64,000 bases of DNA from Thermodesulfobacteriota bacterium (GCA_036825155.1 DAISYU010000001.1:17770-81769); one strand, 5' to 3'. Positions 30,753-41,015 are shown, counted from the stretch's first letter. The notes: generated by a model from the sequence alone, not told the origin. Made by a program: numbers and translations.

Positions 30753-30784
30753 CGGCCGGCTCCCATAGGAACAGGAACCGGCCG
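30753..30784. terminator. Hairpin downstream of hcp
   Basis: CGGCCGGCTCC-N10-GGAACCGGCCG between convergent genes. Confidence 0.5.
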
Positions 30785-30797
30785 TTCCTTGCAAATA

Positions 30798-32432
30798 TCA
30801 GGCCCCTGCCATCATGGCCTGGATATCTGATTGCACATCACCGGTCGGTTTCAAATCAAATTTCTCCACAAGCACCTTTGCCACGCCCGGTGAGAGAAAT
30901 CCCGGCAGCGTGGGGCCGAGTCGGATGCCTTTTACGCCCAGGTAAAGAAGGGCCAGAAGGACAGCGACCGCCTTCTGCTCGTACCATGCAATATCGTATG
31001 AGATGGGCAGGTCATTGATATCTTCGAGGCCGAATACTTCTTTGAGTTTCAGGGCAATCACTGCAAGCGAATACGAGTCATTACACTGCCCGGCATCCAG
31101 AACCCGGGGGATTCCGCCTATATCACCGAGATCGAGTTTGTTGTAGCGGTACTTTGCACATCCGGCGGTCAGGATGACGGTATCTTTACCAAGCGATTGA
31201 GCAACCTCGGTAAAATAGCTGCGGGATTTTTGCCTTCCGTCACATCCTGCCATCACGACAAAACGTTTGATGGCGCCGGACTTGACGGCAGATACCACCT
31301 TGTCGGCAAGCGAGAGTACCTGGTTGTGGGCAAAACCGCCGGTTATCTCCCCCTGTTCGATCTGGGTGGGGGGCTGGCATTTCTTCGCCAGGTCGATGAT
31401 TGCGGAGAAGTCCTTGCTGCCGCCTTCTACCCGGTCAGGGATATGTGCCACCCCAGGATATCCGGCCATACCCGTGGTAAAGATCCTGTCTTTATAAGAA
31501 TCCTTCACCGGGATGATACAGTTCGTGGTCATGAGGATCGGACCATTGAATGAATCGAACTCTTCCGCCTGTTTCCACCATGAACCGCCGTAGTTGCCCG
31601 CGAGGTGGCTGTGCTTCTTGAACATGGGATAGTAGTGGGCCGGAAGCATCTCTCCATGGGTATATACATCGACACCACTTCCGGCTGTCTGCTCGAGGAG
31701 TTCCTCCATGTCCTTGAGATCGTGTCCGGAGATGAGGATGCCGGGGTTGTTTCTCGTCCCGATGCTTACTTTCGTGAGTTCCGGAGAGCCGTAGGCCCCG
31801 GTATTCGCCTTGTCCAGCAATGCCATAGTCTTCACTGCTATCTCGCCGGCCTTCATCACCAGGGTCACCATCTCGTCGGTGCTCAGGTCCTGTGTCGTGG
31901 ATGCCAGTGCTTCCATCATGAAGTCGTGGATCTCGGGATCAACGTGTCCCAGCAGGGCTGCGTGGTCGGCATAAGCGGCGATGCCCTTGATGCCGTAGAT
32001 CAGAAGTTCCCGAAGCGAGCGTACATCGTCATCCCCGGTAGCGAGTACGCCGATGGATTCCGCCTTGGTCAGGTACTCTTCCGGGTCATCGCAGCACCAG
32101 GAGGCAGCATCAGGCATATCACCCGGGAGCGAAGAGGTGCATGCAGCGCGAAGTTCGTCTCGGAGTGCAAGCCCGTCCCTGATGAGTCCGATAATCCTGT
32201 CGTTGTCGAAATTGGCATTGGTGATCGTTGCAAACAGGGCCTTTGTTATAAATTCTCCATACCTTTGGTCCAGGGCTTCCCGGGTCTTTGCCTGAAGCGC
32301 CCAGATTGAAAGGCCTCGCAGTACAAAGACGAGAAGATCCTGAAGCCCTGCAGTATCCGGTGCCTTGCCGCAGACACCCTTGAGGGTACATCCTGAATTC
32401 TTTGCAGTTTCCTGACATTGATAACAGAACAT
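30798..32432 (-). CDS. hcp: Hybrid cluster protein (hydroxylamine/NO reductase)
   Basis: MFCYQCQET...GC...[39 protein letters not shown]. Confidence 0.97.
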   Translation of the reverse strand: MFCYQCQETAKNSGCTLKGVCGKAPDTAGLQDLLVFVLRGLSIWALQAKTREALDQRYGEFITKALFATITNANFDNDRIIGLIRDGLALRDELRAACTSSLPGDMPDAASWCCDDPEEYLTKAESIGVLATGDDDVRSLRELLIYGIKGIAAYADHAALLGHVDPEIHDFMMEALASTTQDLSTDEMVTLVMKAGEIAVKTMALLDKANTGAYGSPELTKVSIGTRNNPGILISGHDLKDMEELLEQTAGSGVDVYTHGEMLPAHYYPMFKKHSHLAGNYGGSWWKQAEEFDSFNGPILMTTNCIIPVKDSYKDRIFTTGMAGYPGVAHIPDRVEGGSKDFSAIIDLAKKCQPPTQIEQGEITGGFAHNQVLSLADKVVSAVKSGAIKRFVVMAGCDGRQKSRSYFTEVAQSLGKDTVILTAGCAKYRYNKLDLGDIGGIPRVLDAGQCNDSYSLAVIALKLKEVFGLEDINDLPISYDIAWYEQKAVAVLLALLYLGVKGIRLGPTLPGFLSPGVAKVLVEKFDLKPTGDVQSDIQAMMAGA

Positions 32433-32686
32433 CTTTTGTCCTCCTACTTATTATTTTGAGCATGCACCGGAATTGACATGGCCCATACAGCTGTTGTCCG
32501 TGAAGCCCGCCAAAGTACATTTAAATGGCATATCCGTGCCGGGAAGAGATGCCCTTGAAGCGTTCTTGAAAGGACTTCATCCCCTGTATAAATAATATGC
32601 TGGTGTATGTGATTGTCCACCCGTCACGTCCATTTCGACCATGCTCATGCATGATGTGTTTGTCTCACAAAGATCAGACGAGGGAA

Positions 32687-32700
32687 TTGACTTAAGTCAA
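32687..32700. promoter_or_regulatory. HcpR/FNR-type operator upstream of hcp
   Basis: Perfect palindrome TTGAC-TTAA-GTCAA matching the TTGAC-N4-GTCAA consensus reported for deltaproteobacterial HcpR; 255 nt upstream of the hcp start. Confidence 0.75.
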
Positions 32701-32888
32701 AAGGGGTTCGTAACGGGCTGAATATTGAAATCTGTTCCTTCTCTGCCCGGATCGGCAGCGAAGCTGTGACAGGGTGATCAAGGGTGGACAGGGTGTGGAT
32801 TTTGCGTGAATTATCAGCTGAAACGCAAAGAGTTTTTTCTCAGAGGATCTCCTGTTTTCGTCCCGGAGAAGAGTGTGTCAGGGGGAAT

Positions 32889-33542
32889 CTACTGGTTGAT
32901 AAGGCCCTTGCTGATGGCGAAAGAGGTCAGTCCTGCTATGCTGTGTATACCCAGTTTGTTCATGAGATTGGCACGATGTTTTTCAGCAGTCCTCACAGAG
33001 ATAGAGAGCATCTGGGCGATCTCCTTGCTCGTGTAACCTTCGGCCACCAGTTTGAGCGTGGTTTTCTCCCTGTTGGTCAGGAGCTTTTTCCAGGGATCAT
33101 GCTCGGGGATATCTTGATTCTCAAGATAGGCATTGATCACCTCTCTCGTTATTCCAGGAGAGACAAAATGGTTTCCGTTCATAACGCTCTTGATCCCTGT
33201 CTCAAGCTCGCTGCGGGATGCACGTTTCAGAACGTACCCGTCTGCACCGACGCGGAAAGACTCTATCAGATGCTCCTCTGTAGAGTGAAAGGTCAGGACG
33301 ACAATCTTAATTGAAGGATACCGTTTTTTGATCAGTCTGATTGCATCGGTGCCCGAGAGCTTTGGCATGGCAAGCCCCGTCAGGATCAGGTCCGGAGAGA
33401 GATTTTCCGCAAGTTCGAGCAGTTCAAAACCGTCGCCGGCATCACCGACAACCTCAAATTCGGGGTACGATCTCAGCAGGGAGCAGAGCCCATCTCTTAC
33501 AACCGTATACTCTTCTGCAACAACGATTCTGGTCTTATTCAT
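32889..33542 (-). CDS. NarL/LuxR family response regulator with atypical receiver
   Basis: REC domain plus LuxR HTH (LTNRE...GYTSKEIA...SVRTAEKHRANLMNKL); the phospho-acceptor position reads DLILTGLAMP. Confidence 0.92.
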   Translation of the reverse strand: MNKTRIVVAEEYTVVRDGLCSLLRSYPEFEVVGDAGDGFELLELAENLSPDLILTGLAMPKLSGTDAIRLIKKRYPSIKIVVLTFHSTEEHLIESFRVGADGYVLKRASRSELETGIKSVMNGNHFVSPGITREVINAYLENQDIPEHDPWKKLLTNREKTTLKLVAEGYTSKEIAQMLSISVRTAEKHRANLMNKLGIHSIAGLTSFAISKGLINQ

Positions 33543-34099
33543 CTCTTGTTTTCCTTGCAGTTTAGTCTACCTATGTCTGTTCCCAATGGCGGAGAGTATT
33601 CTCCGGTTGCAGAAAGTGAGAGATCGGTAGTGTCGATGGGAATGGCCGAGAGTCCCGAAGATGTTCGCGTTTGTCCCTTCATGAGTGAAAGTCCGCCTAC
33701 GATGTCTATTGTATCAGGATATAGATTGCTGCCGTGTTGTGTCAAGCATAAAATGCACAGCCAGGGATAAGAATATAAAAATGGATTGAAATAAATAGAG
33801 ATAACGGTCTGTTGACTTCATGCTAATGGAAATTATATCAATAATAACTTTCACACAGACGGATTATGATAGAGTCGCTACGTAATATCACTTTGCTTTG
33901 TACGTAGCAATCGATTGCAAAATGAGTAGTCCGCTTCATTAAGAAAAGCCTTTCAGAAATCGATCAGGTCCATATATCAAAAAAAGAGGCCATACATATC
34001 CTGGTATGCAGGTCAGGGATACATAAAACATATCTGACATCGTACTTCGAAGACCTGGTGAAATGAAACGCCACGATATTCAACACAAATAAAGATTTC

Positions 34100-34131
34100 A
34101 TCCCCCCGGAACGGGGGGATTTTTTTTATTT
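34100..34131 (+). terminator. Intrinsic terminator with strong + strand U-tract
   Basis: ATCCCCCC-GGAAC-GGGGGGAT followed by TTTTTTTATTT; also 28 nt beyond the - strand HAD stop. Confidence 0.75.
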
Positions 34132-34147
34132 CGGGCCTGGGTGAGAA

Positions 34148-35296
34148 TCAGACCTCTATCTTCCCTTCGACCATGGTCTTGGTAGGTCTGAAGACCTCGA
34201 CACCGAATTTGTCTGCAAGCTCATTGCATTTTTCCACCAGCTTATCGAAACCGATCCCCTTGGCAAGGGCAAACGGTCCGATACCGCCCCCGCCGTTTGC
34301 CATGGCAAGGTCGATATCCTTCGGGTTGTCCACAACTCCTTCTTCGAGCAGTTTCGTGGCCTCGTTTACCTGCAGGGCGATCATGTGTGTCGGATCATAC
34401 TCTGTGGTGGGATTCGATGTGTCGATCTGTGGTCGGCCCGCAGACCAGTCATAGAGTCCCTTTCCGGTCTTCATGCCGAGGAGCCCGGAATTCACGATAT
34501 CCACCAGTGCCTTGGTGGGGGTATAGTCTTTGGACAGGGTCTGTGAGTAATACTTCTGTGTATGGAGCACAATATCAAGGCCCACGTAGTCCAGCAGCTC
34601 AAAGGGGGTCATTGGCATGACGGGCTTGAACGCCGCATCGAACTGTTCGGGTTTCGGGGTGCCCTTGTCCAGGATCCGCTGGAGGAGAAGTCCGGTGGGA
34701 GCATTGACGCGGTTGTAGATAAAGCCCGGCGAGTCCTTTTTGACGATAACGCCTACTTTGTTCATCTTCCGGGCCACTTCAAAGGTTGCCTGCACAGCTG
34801 CATCAGATGATTTGTTCCCGTAGATGACCTCCACGAGCTTCATGAGAACCGCTGGGTTGAAAAAGTGCATTCCCACGACCTGTTCGGGCCGTTTCGTGGC
34901 AGATGCAATCTCGGTGATGCTCATGGTAGATGTATTGCTGGCAAGGATGGCGTGCGGTGGGGCCAGAACATCCAGATCGGCAAAGATTTTCTTCTTAAGG
35001 TCGAGATCTTCCGGTGCCGCTTCAATGACAAGGTCTGCATCCTTGACGGCATCTTTGAGGTCGACGATCGGAATCAGCCTGGCCATAGCTTCGTCGTGCT
35101 GCTGCTGGGTGATCTTACCCTTGCCCAGGAATTTGGCCATAGAGCCTTTGATGGTGTCGAGCCCCTTGTCAACAAAACGCTGCTCGATATCACGCATTGC
35201 CACGGTGTAGCCTGCAAGGATGCCGTTCTGGGCTATTCCGTTTCCCATGGCTCCTGCCCCTATGACTGCAATCTTATGTATATCACTGCCTTTCAT
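34148..35296 (-). CDS. 3-hydroxyacyl-CoA dehydrogenase (extended C-terminal domain)
   Basis: GAGAMGNG, VIEAAPE, ASNTST, GMHFFNP, PGFIYNR, D-x-VGLD; 382 aa. Confidence 0.95.
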   Translation of the reverse strand: MKGSDIHKIAVIGAGAMGNGIAQNGILAGYTVAMRDIEQRFVDKGLDTIKGSMAKFLGKGKITQQQHDEAMARLIPIVDLKDAVKDADLVIEAAPEDLDLKKKIFADLDVLAPPHAILASNTSTMSITEIASATKRPEQVVGMHFFNPAVLMKLVEVIYGNKSSDAAVQATFEVARKMNKVGVIVKKDSPGFIYNRVNAPTGLLLQRILDKGTPKPEQFDAAFKPVMPMTPFELLDYVGLDIVLHTQKYYSQTLSKDYTPTKALVDIVNSGLLGMKTGKGLYDWSAGRPQIDTSNPTTEYDPTHMIALQVNEATKLLEEGVVDNPKDIDLAMANGGGGIGPFALAKGIGFDKLVEKCNELADKFGVEVFRPTKTMVEGKIEV

Positions 35297-35313
35297 ACTC
35301 CCTCCTTCGTATC

Positions 35314-36084
35314 TTATTCACCCTTGAATACAGGCTTCCTCTTCTCCAGAAACGCGGTGAATCCTTCAATGGCATCCTTGGACGAGGCGCACACTTTGCT
35401 CTCTCTGGTCTCCACTTTGAGTCCTTCATCCATGCCATGATCAAGCTGGGCCTGGACAGAACGCACGACCGCCCTCACTGCAAGGGGGGCCTTCTCACTC
35501 AGCACTCCTGCCAGTTCCATGGCCTGAGGCATAAGCTCATCAGGCTCAAAGACTTTGTCCACGAGTCCTGCGGCAAGGGCTTCATCGGGACTGAGGCGTT
35601 TGCTCAGGAGAATGAGTTCCAGTGCCTTGGACCTTCCCAGAAGTCGGGTCATTCTCTGTGTTCCTCCCCAGCCGGGGATAATGCCGAGGTTGAGTTCGGG
35701 ACAGCCTATCTTGGCCCGGTCGCTCGTGGCCATGAACCTGAAGTGGCATGCAAGTGCAAGCTCGCAGCCGCCGCCTAAAGCATGGCCGTTGATGGCCGCA
35801 ATGGTGGGTTTTTCGAAACGGTCAACCTTTGTCCACAATGCCCGGCCCACAGGGCCGACGTCGGGATGACTGATGGCATCTGTTACATCCATACCGGCAC
35901 AGAACGACCTGTCTCCCGCTCCGGTGATGATCAGCACACGGACATCATTATCCGCAGCCAGCTCGTCCAGCGCCTGGTCGATCTCCTGCAGCATGACATA
36001 GCTTACCGCGTTATTCGGTGGGCGGTTGAGCGTGAGAACTGCCGTGCCACCTTCCTTTTTGATGATAAGGGTATCATAATTCAT
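35314..36084 (-). CDS. Enoyl-CoA hydratase / crotonase
   Basis: FCAGMD, ALGGGCELALAC, PELNLGIIPGWGGTQR; 17 nt upstream of the HAD gene. Confidence 0.95.
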   Translation of the reverse strand: MNYDTLIIKKEGGTAVLTLNRPPNNAVSYVMLQEIDQALDELAADNDVRVLIITGAGDRSFCAGMDVTDAISHPDVGPVGRALWTKVDRFEKPTIAAINGHALGGGCELALACHFRFMATSDRAKIGCPELNLGIIPGWGGTQRMTRLLGRSKALELILLSKRLSPDEALAAGLVDKVFEPDELMPQAMELAGVLSEKAPLAVRAVVRSVQAQLDHGMDEGLKVETRESKVCASSKDAIEGFTAFLEKRKPVFKGE

Positions 36085-36357
36085 AGGGCTCCTCCTTTAA
36101 ATCGAGATCATTGATCCAAAACATCACAGCTGCAAATCTTACGATGCGTATCACAGTTTACATCGCAGCAGGATATTTTCAAAGAAGAAATCGAAAATTC
36201 TTGTCGTCTGGCTATGGAAGTGTATTCACACGGAGGGTGAAACATTCTTTGCGAAATGAAAATGGACATATGCCGGCACAGAATCAGGAAAAGGCTTGCG
36301 GACAAACGGGAAATGTTGTCTTAAATAGAAAACATATAAGAGAAGGAAGGGAGTGCT

Positions 36358-36948
36358 ATGAAAATCCGATCTGTATGCAGGATGACAAAGGGAACCATCA
36401 CCCATGTGGCTGCCATGGTCGTCGTTGTACTTCTTCTGGCAGTTGCCGTGGGCGAGACCAATGCAGCAACAGCCAAGGAAATAGATGTCAGTGTGGATGT
36501 GGCGCTGGATAACTTTGTAAAACAGGTGCGGGGAGGAACGGAATTTCTCAACAGCGCCAAAGGGGTACTCGTTTTCCCGAATGTATACAAGGCCGGACTG
36601 TTCTGGCTCGGTGGTGAATATGGCGAAGGTGCCTTACGAATAGGTGGCAGGACAGTGGATTATTACAACACGGTGGCAGGGGCGATCGGACCGCAGCTTG
36701 GTGCGCAGAAAAAGACCCTGATTCTCGTGTTCATGCAGGATGAGGCACTGAATAAATTCCGGAAAGGCGAAGGCTGGGAGATCGGGGTGGACGGATCAGT
36801 GGCCCTGATAAATGTCGGGGTCGGGGAAACCATAGATACCACCACCATCAAGGAACCGATTGTTGCCTTTGTTTTCAATCAACAGGGACTCATGGGCAAT
36901 ATCACGCTTGAAGGGGCCAAGTTCACCAGACTGAAGAAAACGCCTTGA
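36358..36948 (+). CDS. Secreted lipid-binding SYLF/YSC84-domain protein
   Basis: Signal peptide; AKGVLVFP..KAG...GGEYGEG, GPQLG, GWEIGVDGSVA. Confidence 0.88.
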   Translation: MKIRSVCRMTKGTITHVAAMVVVVLLLAVAVGETNAATAKEIDVSVDVALDNFVKQVRGGTEFLNSAKGVLVFPNVYKAGLFWLGGEYGEGALRIGGRTVDYYNTVAGAIGPQLGAQKKTLILVFMQDEALNKFRKGEGWEIGVDGSVALINVGVGETIDTTTIKEPIVAFVFNQQGLMGNITLEGAKFTRLKKTP

Positions 36949-37186
36949 AGAGGCGTCTGCGAAACGAAAAACCACGAGAGCACTAGCGTGTGCTGAACTC
37001 CATCTGTGATCTGAAGGAAATATGTCAGGTATTTTTCCGGATTGAGATGTCCAGGTCCTGCCAGGATCACCGGGATGACTTCAGGATACGGCCAGCTGAT
37101 ATTTTCATCGCGAAATCAGCCTGGCCCGCACTTCTCAGAAGATGAATGCATATTGACATTATTTCACAGCTGCGTTTACATAACAC

Positions 37187-37204
37187 ATATAACTTATGTT
37201 ATAT
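37187..37204. promoter_or_regulatory. Perfect palindrome, candidate repressor operator
   Basis: ATATAAC-TTAT-GTTATAT, 50 nt upstream of ATG 37255 and downstream of TTGACA (37153-58). Confidence 0.5.
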
Positions 37205-37254
37205 AAATATTCGCTGTGTGAATGACATGAAATGAAAGCAAAGAGGAGGGGATA

Positions 37255-38271
37255 ATGGGAGAGCCCGAGTCAAAAAAACTAAGCGTAGGGAAGGTGCTCA
37301 TCATACAGGTTCTTGTAAGTTTCGTTGTTATCGGCATACTGCTGGCAGCGGCCGGTATGCTTGTTTTCCAGGTCATGGGAAAGGACTACAGCCAATTGAC
37401 CGTTATAGGATTCATTGCAACCACCTACCTGGCATTCATCACCTTTCAGCCGGCAGGGACCATTTTTGCCGCCCGTAAAGAGCTCATAGAAGGAAAAGTG
37501 GAACTGACCCCGGAGGATATGAAGGCAGCATGTGAACAGGTAAGGAATCCCTGGCAGCAGACCCTGCCGCTGGGGTTTTTCATTGCACTCCTGAGTACTG
37601 CCGTGGTTGCCGCGATCATTTTCGGCACCGGATGGAAGCCCACGCCTGCCTTCACCGTACTCCTTGCATTACTCTATGTCTTCCCGCACTATTTCATTAC
37701 AAAGCGTTTTCTAGGCCGCGACCTGGCAACAATGGCTGCTGCAGGCCTGGGGTCGAGTCCACCTGTTCCTTTCCTGCGGGGCTATTTCTGGGGTGCATAT
37801 GTTTTTCCCAACCTCATCTTTCAGGGTATTATAAACGGCGCGCTCGGAAACAGGGCGTTCTCCCAGGAAATGCTGAGATCCGCCCGGCATGGCAGTGAGT
37901 ATATCGGCTTAATACCAACTCCAGCCGTAGGGACTGATCTGGCAGTAACGTTCATGTTTGTGTGCAACTTCACGTTTCTTGGGACCATCATGTACGTGAT
38001 CTCGGATATGTATCAGGGCAAATTCACCTATGAGGGGAATGCACGGGGAATTAACGGATTCCTCTACTTTATCATCATGCTGCTGATGGGACTTGGTATC
38101 GGTCTGTTGCATATTTTCAGTCTCCACGCGATGGGGGTGGCGTACATGTCTTTTGCGCAGGCCATGCTGGCCAAGTTCGCCATTGTCTTTGTTGCCGTGT
38201 CTCTTGGGGCCGGTCTGGCCATGGGATGGACAGGGAAACGGGTGAACGATGCAATAGCTGCAACTTTCTGA
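37255..38271 (+). CDS. Hypothetical polytopic membrane protein
   Basis: 338 aa with about 8 hydrophobic segments; GAGGAGG RBS. Confidence 0.85.
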   Translation: MGEPESKKLSVGKVLIIQVLVSFVVIGILLAAAGMLVFQVMGKDYSQLTVIGFIATTYLAFITFQPAGTIFAARKELIEGKVELTPEDMKAACEQVRNPWQQTLPLGFFIALLSTAVVAAIIFGTGWKPTPAFTVLLALLYVFPHYFITKRFLGRDLATMAAAGLGSSPPVPFLRGYFWGAYVFPNLIFQGIINGALGNRAFSQEMLRSARHGSEYIGLIPTPAVGTDLAVTFMFVCNFTFLGTIMYVISDMYQGKFTYEGNARGINGFLYFIIMLLMGLGIGLLHIFSLHAMGVAYMSFAQAMLAKFAIVFVAVSLGAGLAMGWTGKRVNDAIAATF

Positions 38272-38400
38272 CATGATTCCAGTATATTTCTTACAAGGAA
38301 TCGGAGATTTAGGCGATTTATTATCCGGAAATGGTATGATACAGCACAATTGGCTCCTCGTAATGAGCACGCACGAAATACATAAGAAATGGAGTGAATT

Positions 38401-39252
38401 ATGGTAAATCTGCGCAACAGGATTGCTGCCGTTACCGGAGCGGCATCAGGCATCGGGAGGATGCTGGCGGTTTCTCTGGCTGATGAAGGGTGCAATATAG
38501 CAATATCGGATGTGAATGAAGCCGGTCTGGAAGAAACTGCCGGCATGATCAGGGACAAGGGTGTCAAGGTCACAACGCATATTGTGGATGTGTCGGACAG
38601 GGAACAGGTGCTGGGCTATGCCGAAGATGTGGTGAAACAGCATGGCAGTGTACACCTCCTGATCAATAACGCGGGGGTCGTGGTATCGGAGACGATAGAA
38701 GATGTCGGCTATGAGGATTTCGAATGGATCATGGGCATCAACCTGTGGGGTGTCATCTATGGATGCAAGGCATTCCTTCCCTATCTCAAGGAAGCCGGCG
38801 AAGCTCATATCGTTAATATCTCCAGTGTAAACGGGATATTCACCAATCCAACCAATGGTCCGTACTGCACGACCAAATTCGCTGTAAGGGGATTTACCGA
38901 GACCCTGTGTCAGGAGTTGAGAAATACGAGGGTACGGGTGAGTTGTGTCCATCCCGGCGGTATAAAAACGAACATCGTTCGCAATGCCCGTTTTTACAAA
39001 GCGGCAGTTGAGCGCTTGAATCATGAACAAACTTCCCAGGCTTTTGAGAAGTATGTCGCGTTTACAACGGCTGAGAAAGCTGCGCAAAAGATAATCGCCG
39101 GCATCAAGAAAGACAAACACCGGATAATGGTCGGTCCGGATGCATACATCTATGACTGGTTGAAGCGGCTGTTCCCTGTAGGGCTCCAGAAACTGGTTGT
39201 CAGCCTGAATGAGCGGCCACGGCTCATAAAGGGTGCGCGGCGAGGTGCTTGA
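38401..39252 (+). CDS. SDR family oxidoreductase
   Basis: TGAASGIG, NNAG, NISS, YCTTK. Confidence 0.95.
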   Translation: MVNLRNRIAAVTGAASGIGRMLAVSLADEGCNIAISDVNEAGLEETAGMIRDKGVKVTTHIVDVSDREQVLGYAEDVVKQHGSVHLLINNAGVVVSETIEDVGYEDFEWIMGINLWGVIYGCKAFLPYLKEAGEAHIVNISSVNGIFTNPTNGPYCTTKFAVRGFTETLCQELRNTRVRVSCVHPGGIKTNIVRNARFYKAAVERLNHEQTSQAFEKYVAFTTAEKAAQKIIAGIKKDKHRIMVGPDAYIYDWLKRLFPVGLQKLVVSLNERPRLIKGARRGA

Positions 39253-39309
39253 CAGCCTGTTTTTTTGACAGGGAATGGATGCTTCACAGAGCCGTTTGTA
39301 CATCAAGAC

Positions 39310-39339
39310 CGGGCATGGTGCCTCGATGCACCATGCCCG
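39310..39339. terminator. Perfect 12-bp hairpin between convergent SDR and fadL-like genes
   Basis: CGGGCATGGTGC-ctcgat-GCACCATGCCCG. Confidence 0.7.
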
Positions 39340-39352
39340 TTAGTGTATGCAG

Positions 39353-40654
39353 CTAGAACAGCCAGGTCAGGCCGAATTCTAAACTCGTCTCACTCAGCGT
39401 TGATTCAAGCGTCACCGGCTCTGTCATTAAATCAAGTCCTGTTGTGCCTGTCTGGGATATGGTTTCTTCAAATGCCTGCATATATCCGATATTAACCGAG
39501 AAATCATCAGTGACCTGGATGCCGAGCCCGAGAGTCAGGTGCTGCTCTACGATGGCCGGGAATCCGATGATGCGGAAGGTTTCGTAGTAGTAGGTGGGCA
39601 GCGTAGCACCCTGGACAGTTCTGACGCTGTTCGGCAGCACCTGGGCACCAACGGTCTGGAAGGTGCCGTCAAACCCGTCGTGTTCATTGACCGGATTCTT
39701 GCCGTAATTGTATCCTACCCTGAATGTCAGTCTGTCAGTCGGTTTGAACTGCACACCGATCGCATAGACCCACTGGTCGTCCCAGTCGAAGTCCTTGTAT
39801 CCCTTGGCATCCGACCAGTTCAGCCACTTTGCATCGGCCTCTATGACGAGGTTTGCCGGATCGAGGATCGTGTAGGCTACACCGAACCCGATCTGCTGGG
39901 GAGCCTCGAGTTCGAGATCGTCCAGGGCACCGTTCCAGTCAAAATCCGTGATATTCTTGTGCTTGACCGTCTGAGCGGTGATGTAGCTGGTACCAAACGT
40001 GATCTTGTCGGTCAGGGTGTAGATCAGGCCGGCCTGAAGTCCGTACCCATAATTGGGAGAGGATCCGTCTCTGAGGTCCAGATTAGCATAGTCAACATGA
40101 ATCGCCATGCCGAGAGAAAGATTGTCCAGAGCCTGTACTGCCACAGCAGGAGCAAATTTCATGATCTGGAGATTGGTATACTCACCTGCAATGAGGGGGT
40201 TGCCCATGAAAGCGGTCGGGTTATCCAGATCGGTCCCCCGGTAGTCTACACCGAGGCCTGAAACACCATAGGCAGCGATGCCAAACCGCCAGGACGGGAA
40301 GGTGTCATTGATCGGGACCGAAAGACCGATAGCAGGTATGGCATAGACCTTGTCATCGCTGTCTGCCTGAACGATACCTCCGGATGCGGTGATCTGTTTT
40401 GCATCAACCTTGGGCATGAACAGGGTGCCTGCAAAATCAAAGGTGGTGGCGTTGCAGAACGGGGCAAAACACATGCTCGCGGGATTGGCAAAGACCGCAC
40501 TGATGGCATCCTGCGGTGCAGCTACTCCCACTCCGCCCATGGATCGTGCAATGGGGCCGATGGCGATCATGTTATCACCATTCGTAGCTCGTGCAGCAGA
40601 GGTGATGGCCACAATCATGGCCAGAAAGACAAATATCAGTATACTCTTCTTCAC
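39353..40654 (-). CDS. FadL/TodX family outer-membrane hydrophobic-compound channel
   Basis: Signal peptide, ATNGD...RSMGG, NPAS, beta-barrel alternation, terminal Phe (LTWLF). Start at GTG 40654 after AAAGGAGG (ORF track starts at 40777). Confidence 0.9.
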   Translation of the reverse strand: MKKSILIFVFLAMIVAITSAARATNGDNMIAIGPIARSMGGVGVAAPQDAISAVFANPASMCFAPFCNATTFDFAGTLFMPKVDAKQITASGGIVQADSDDKVYAIPAIGLSVPINDTFPSWRFGIAAYGVSGLGVDYRGTDLDNPTAFMGNPLIAGEYTNLQIMKFAPAVAVQALDNLSLGMAIHVDYANLDLRDGSSPNYGYGLQAGLIYTLTDKITFGTSYITAQTVKHKNITDFDWNGALDDLELEAPQQIGFGVAYTILDPANLVIEADAKWLNWSDAKGYKDFDWDDQWVYAIGVQFKPTDRLTFRVGYNYGKNPVNEHDGFDGTFQTVGAQVLPNSVRTVQGATLPTYYYETFRIIGFPAIVEQHLTLGLGIQVTDDFSVNIGYMQAFEETISQTGTTGLDLMTEPVTLESTLSETSLEFGLTWLF

Positions 40655-40736
40655 AAAAGCCTCCTTTCTCACTATCATTTTTATCATCTGCCGGTTGTTA
40701 CCGATTTTTTTGTCAACAGCGCATGATCTGCCCAGT

Positions 40737-41015
40737 CTATTGATGTTGAGCTGGTTTTTTGCCCTGCAGATAGTCAACGAGCGGTCCCGTGACCAGGGGC
40801 ACCACGTCGCCGATCATGTGCGGCATGAGATTGTCCATAATTCTGGGTGTTAGTTCAGGTATCTGTTCCTGAATGTATCTTGGCGGTTTTTTCAGGTGAT
40901 TTATGAGGCTGGGTACGGCACCGATATCATGGGAGTAGAGCAGCCGCTCTATTTCATCGAATGTCACCCGGGATCCAAAGGTCTGTTCGAGAAAGGAACG
41001 CTTTTCTTTGTTCAT
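40737..41015 (-). pseudogene. 92-aa chimeric remnant: N-terminus of a FAD-binding oxidoreductase joined to an unrelated C-terminal tail
   Basis: Strong AGGAGG RBS and ATG at 41015. First ~38 aa (...FGSRVTFDEIERLLYSHDIGAVPSLI) resemble the start of FAD-binding/(Fe-S) oxidoreductases; the remainder (...ELTPRIMDNLMPHMIGDVVPLVTGPLVDYLQGK) resembles a C-terminal tail. Family resemblance is recalled, not searched. Confidence 0.6.

Noticed and set aside
32525-32541. Sigma54 promoter upstream of hcp (GGCACGGATATGC)
   Set aside because: GG-to-GC spacing is 9 nt rather than the required 10.
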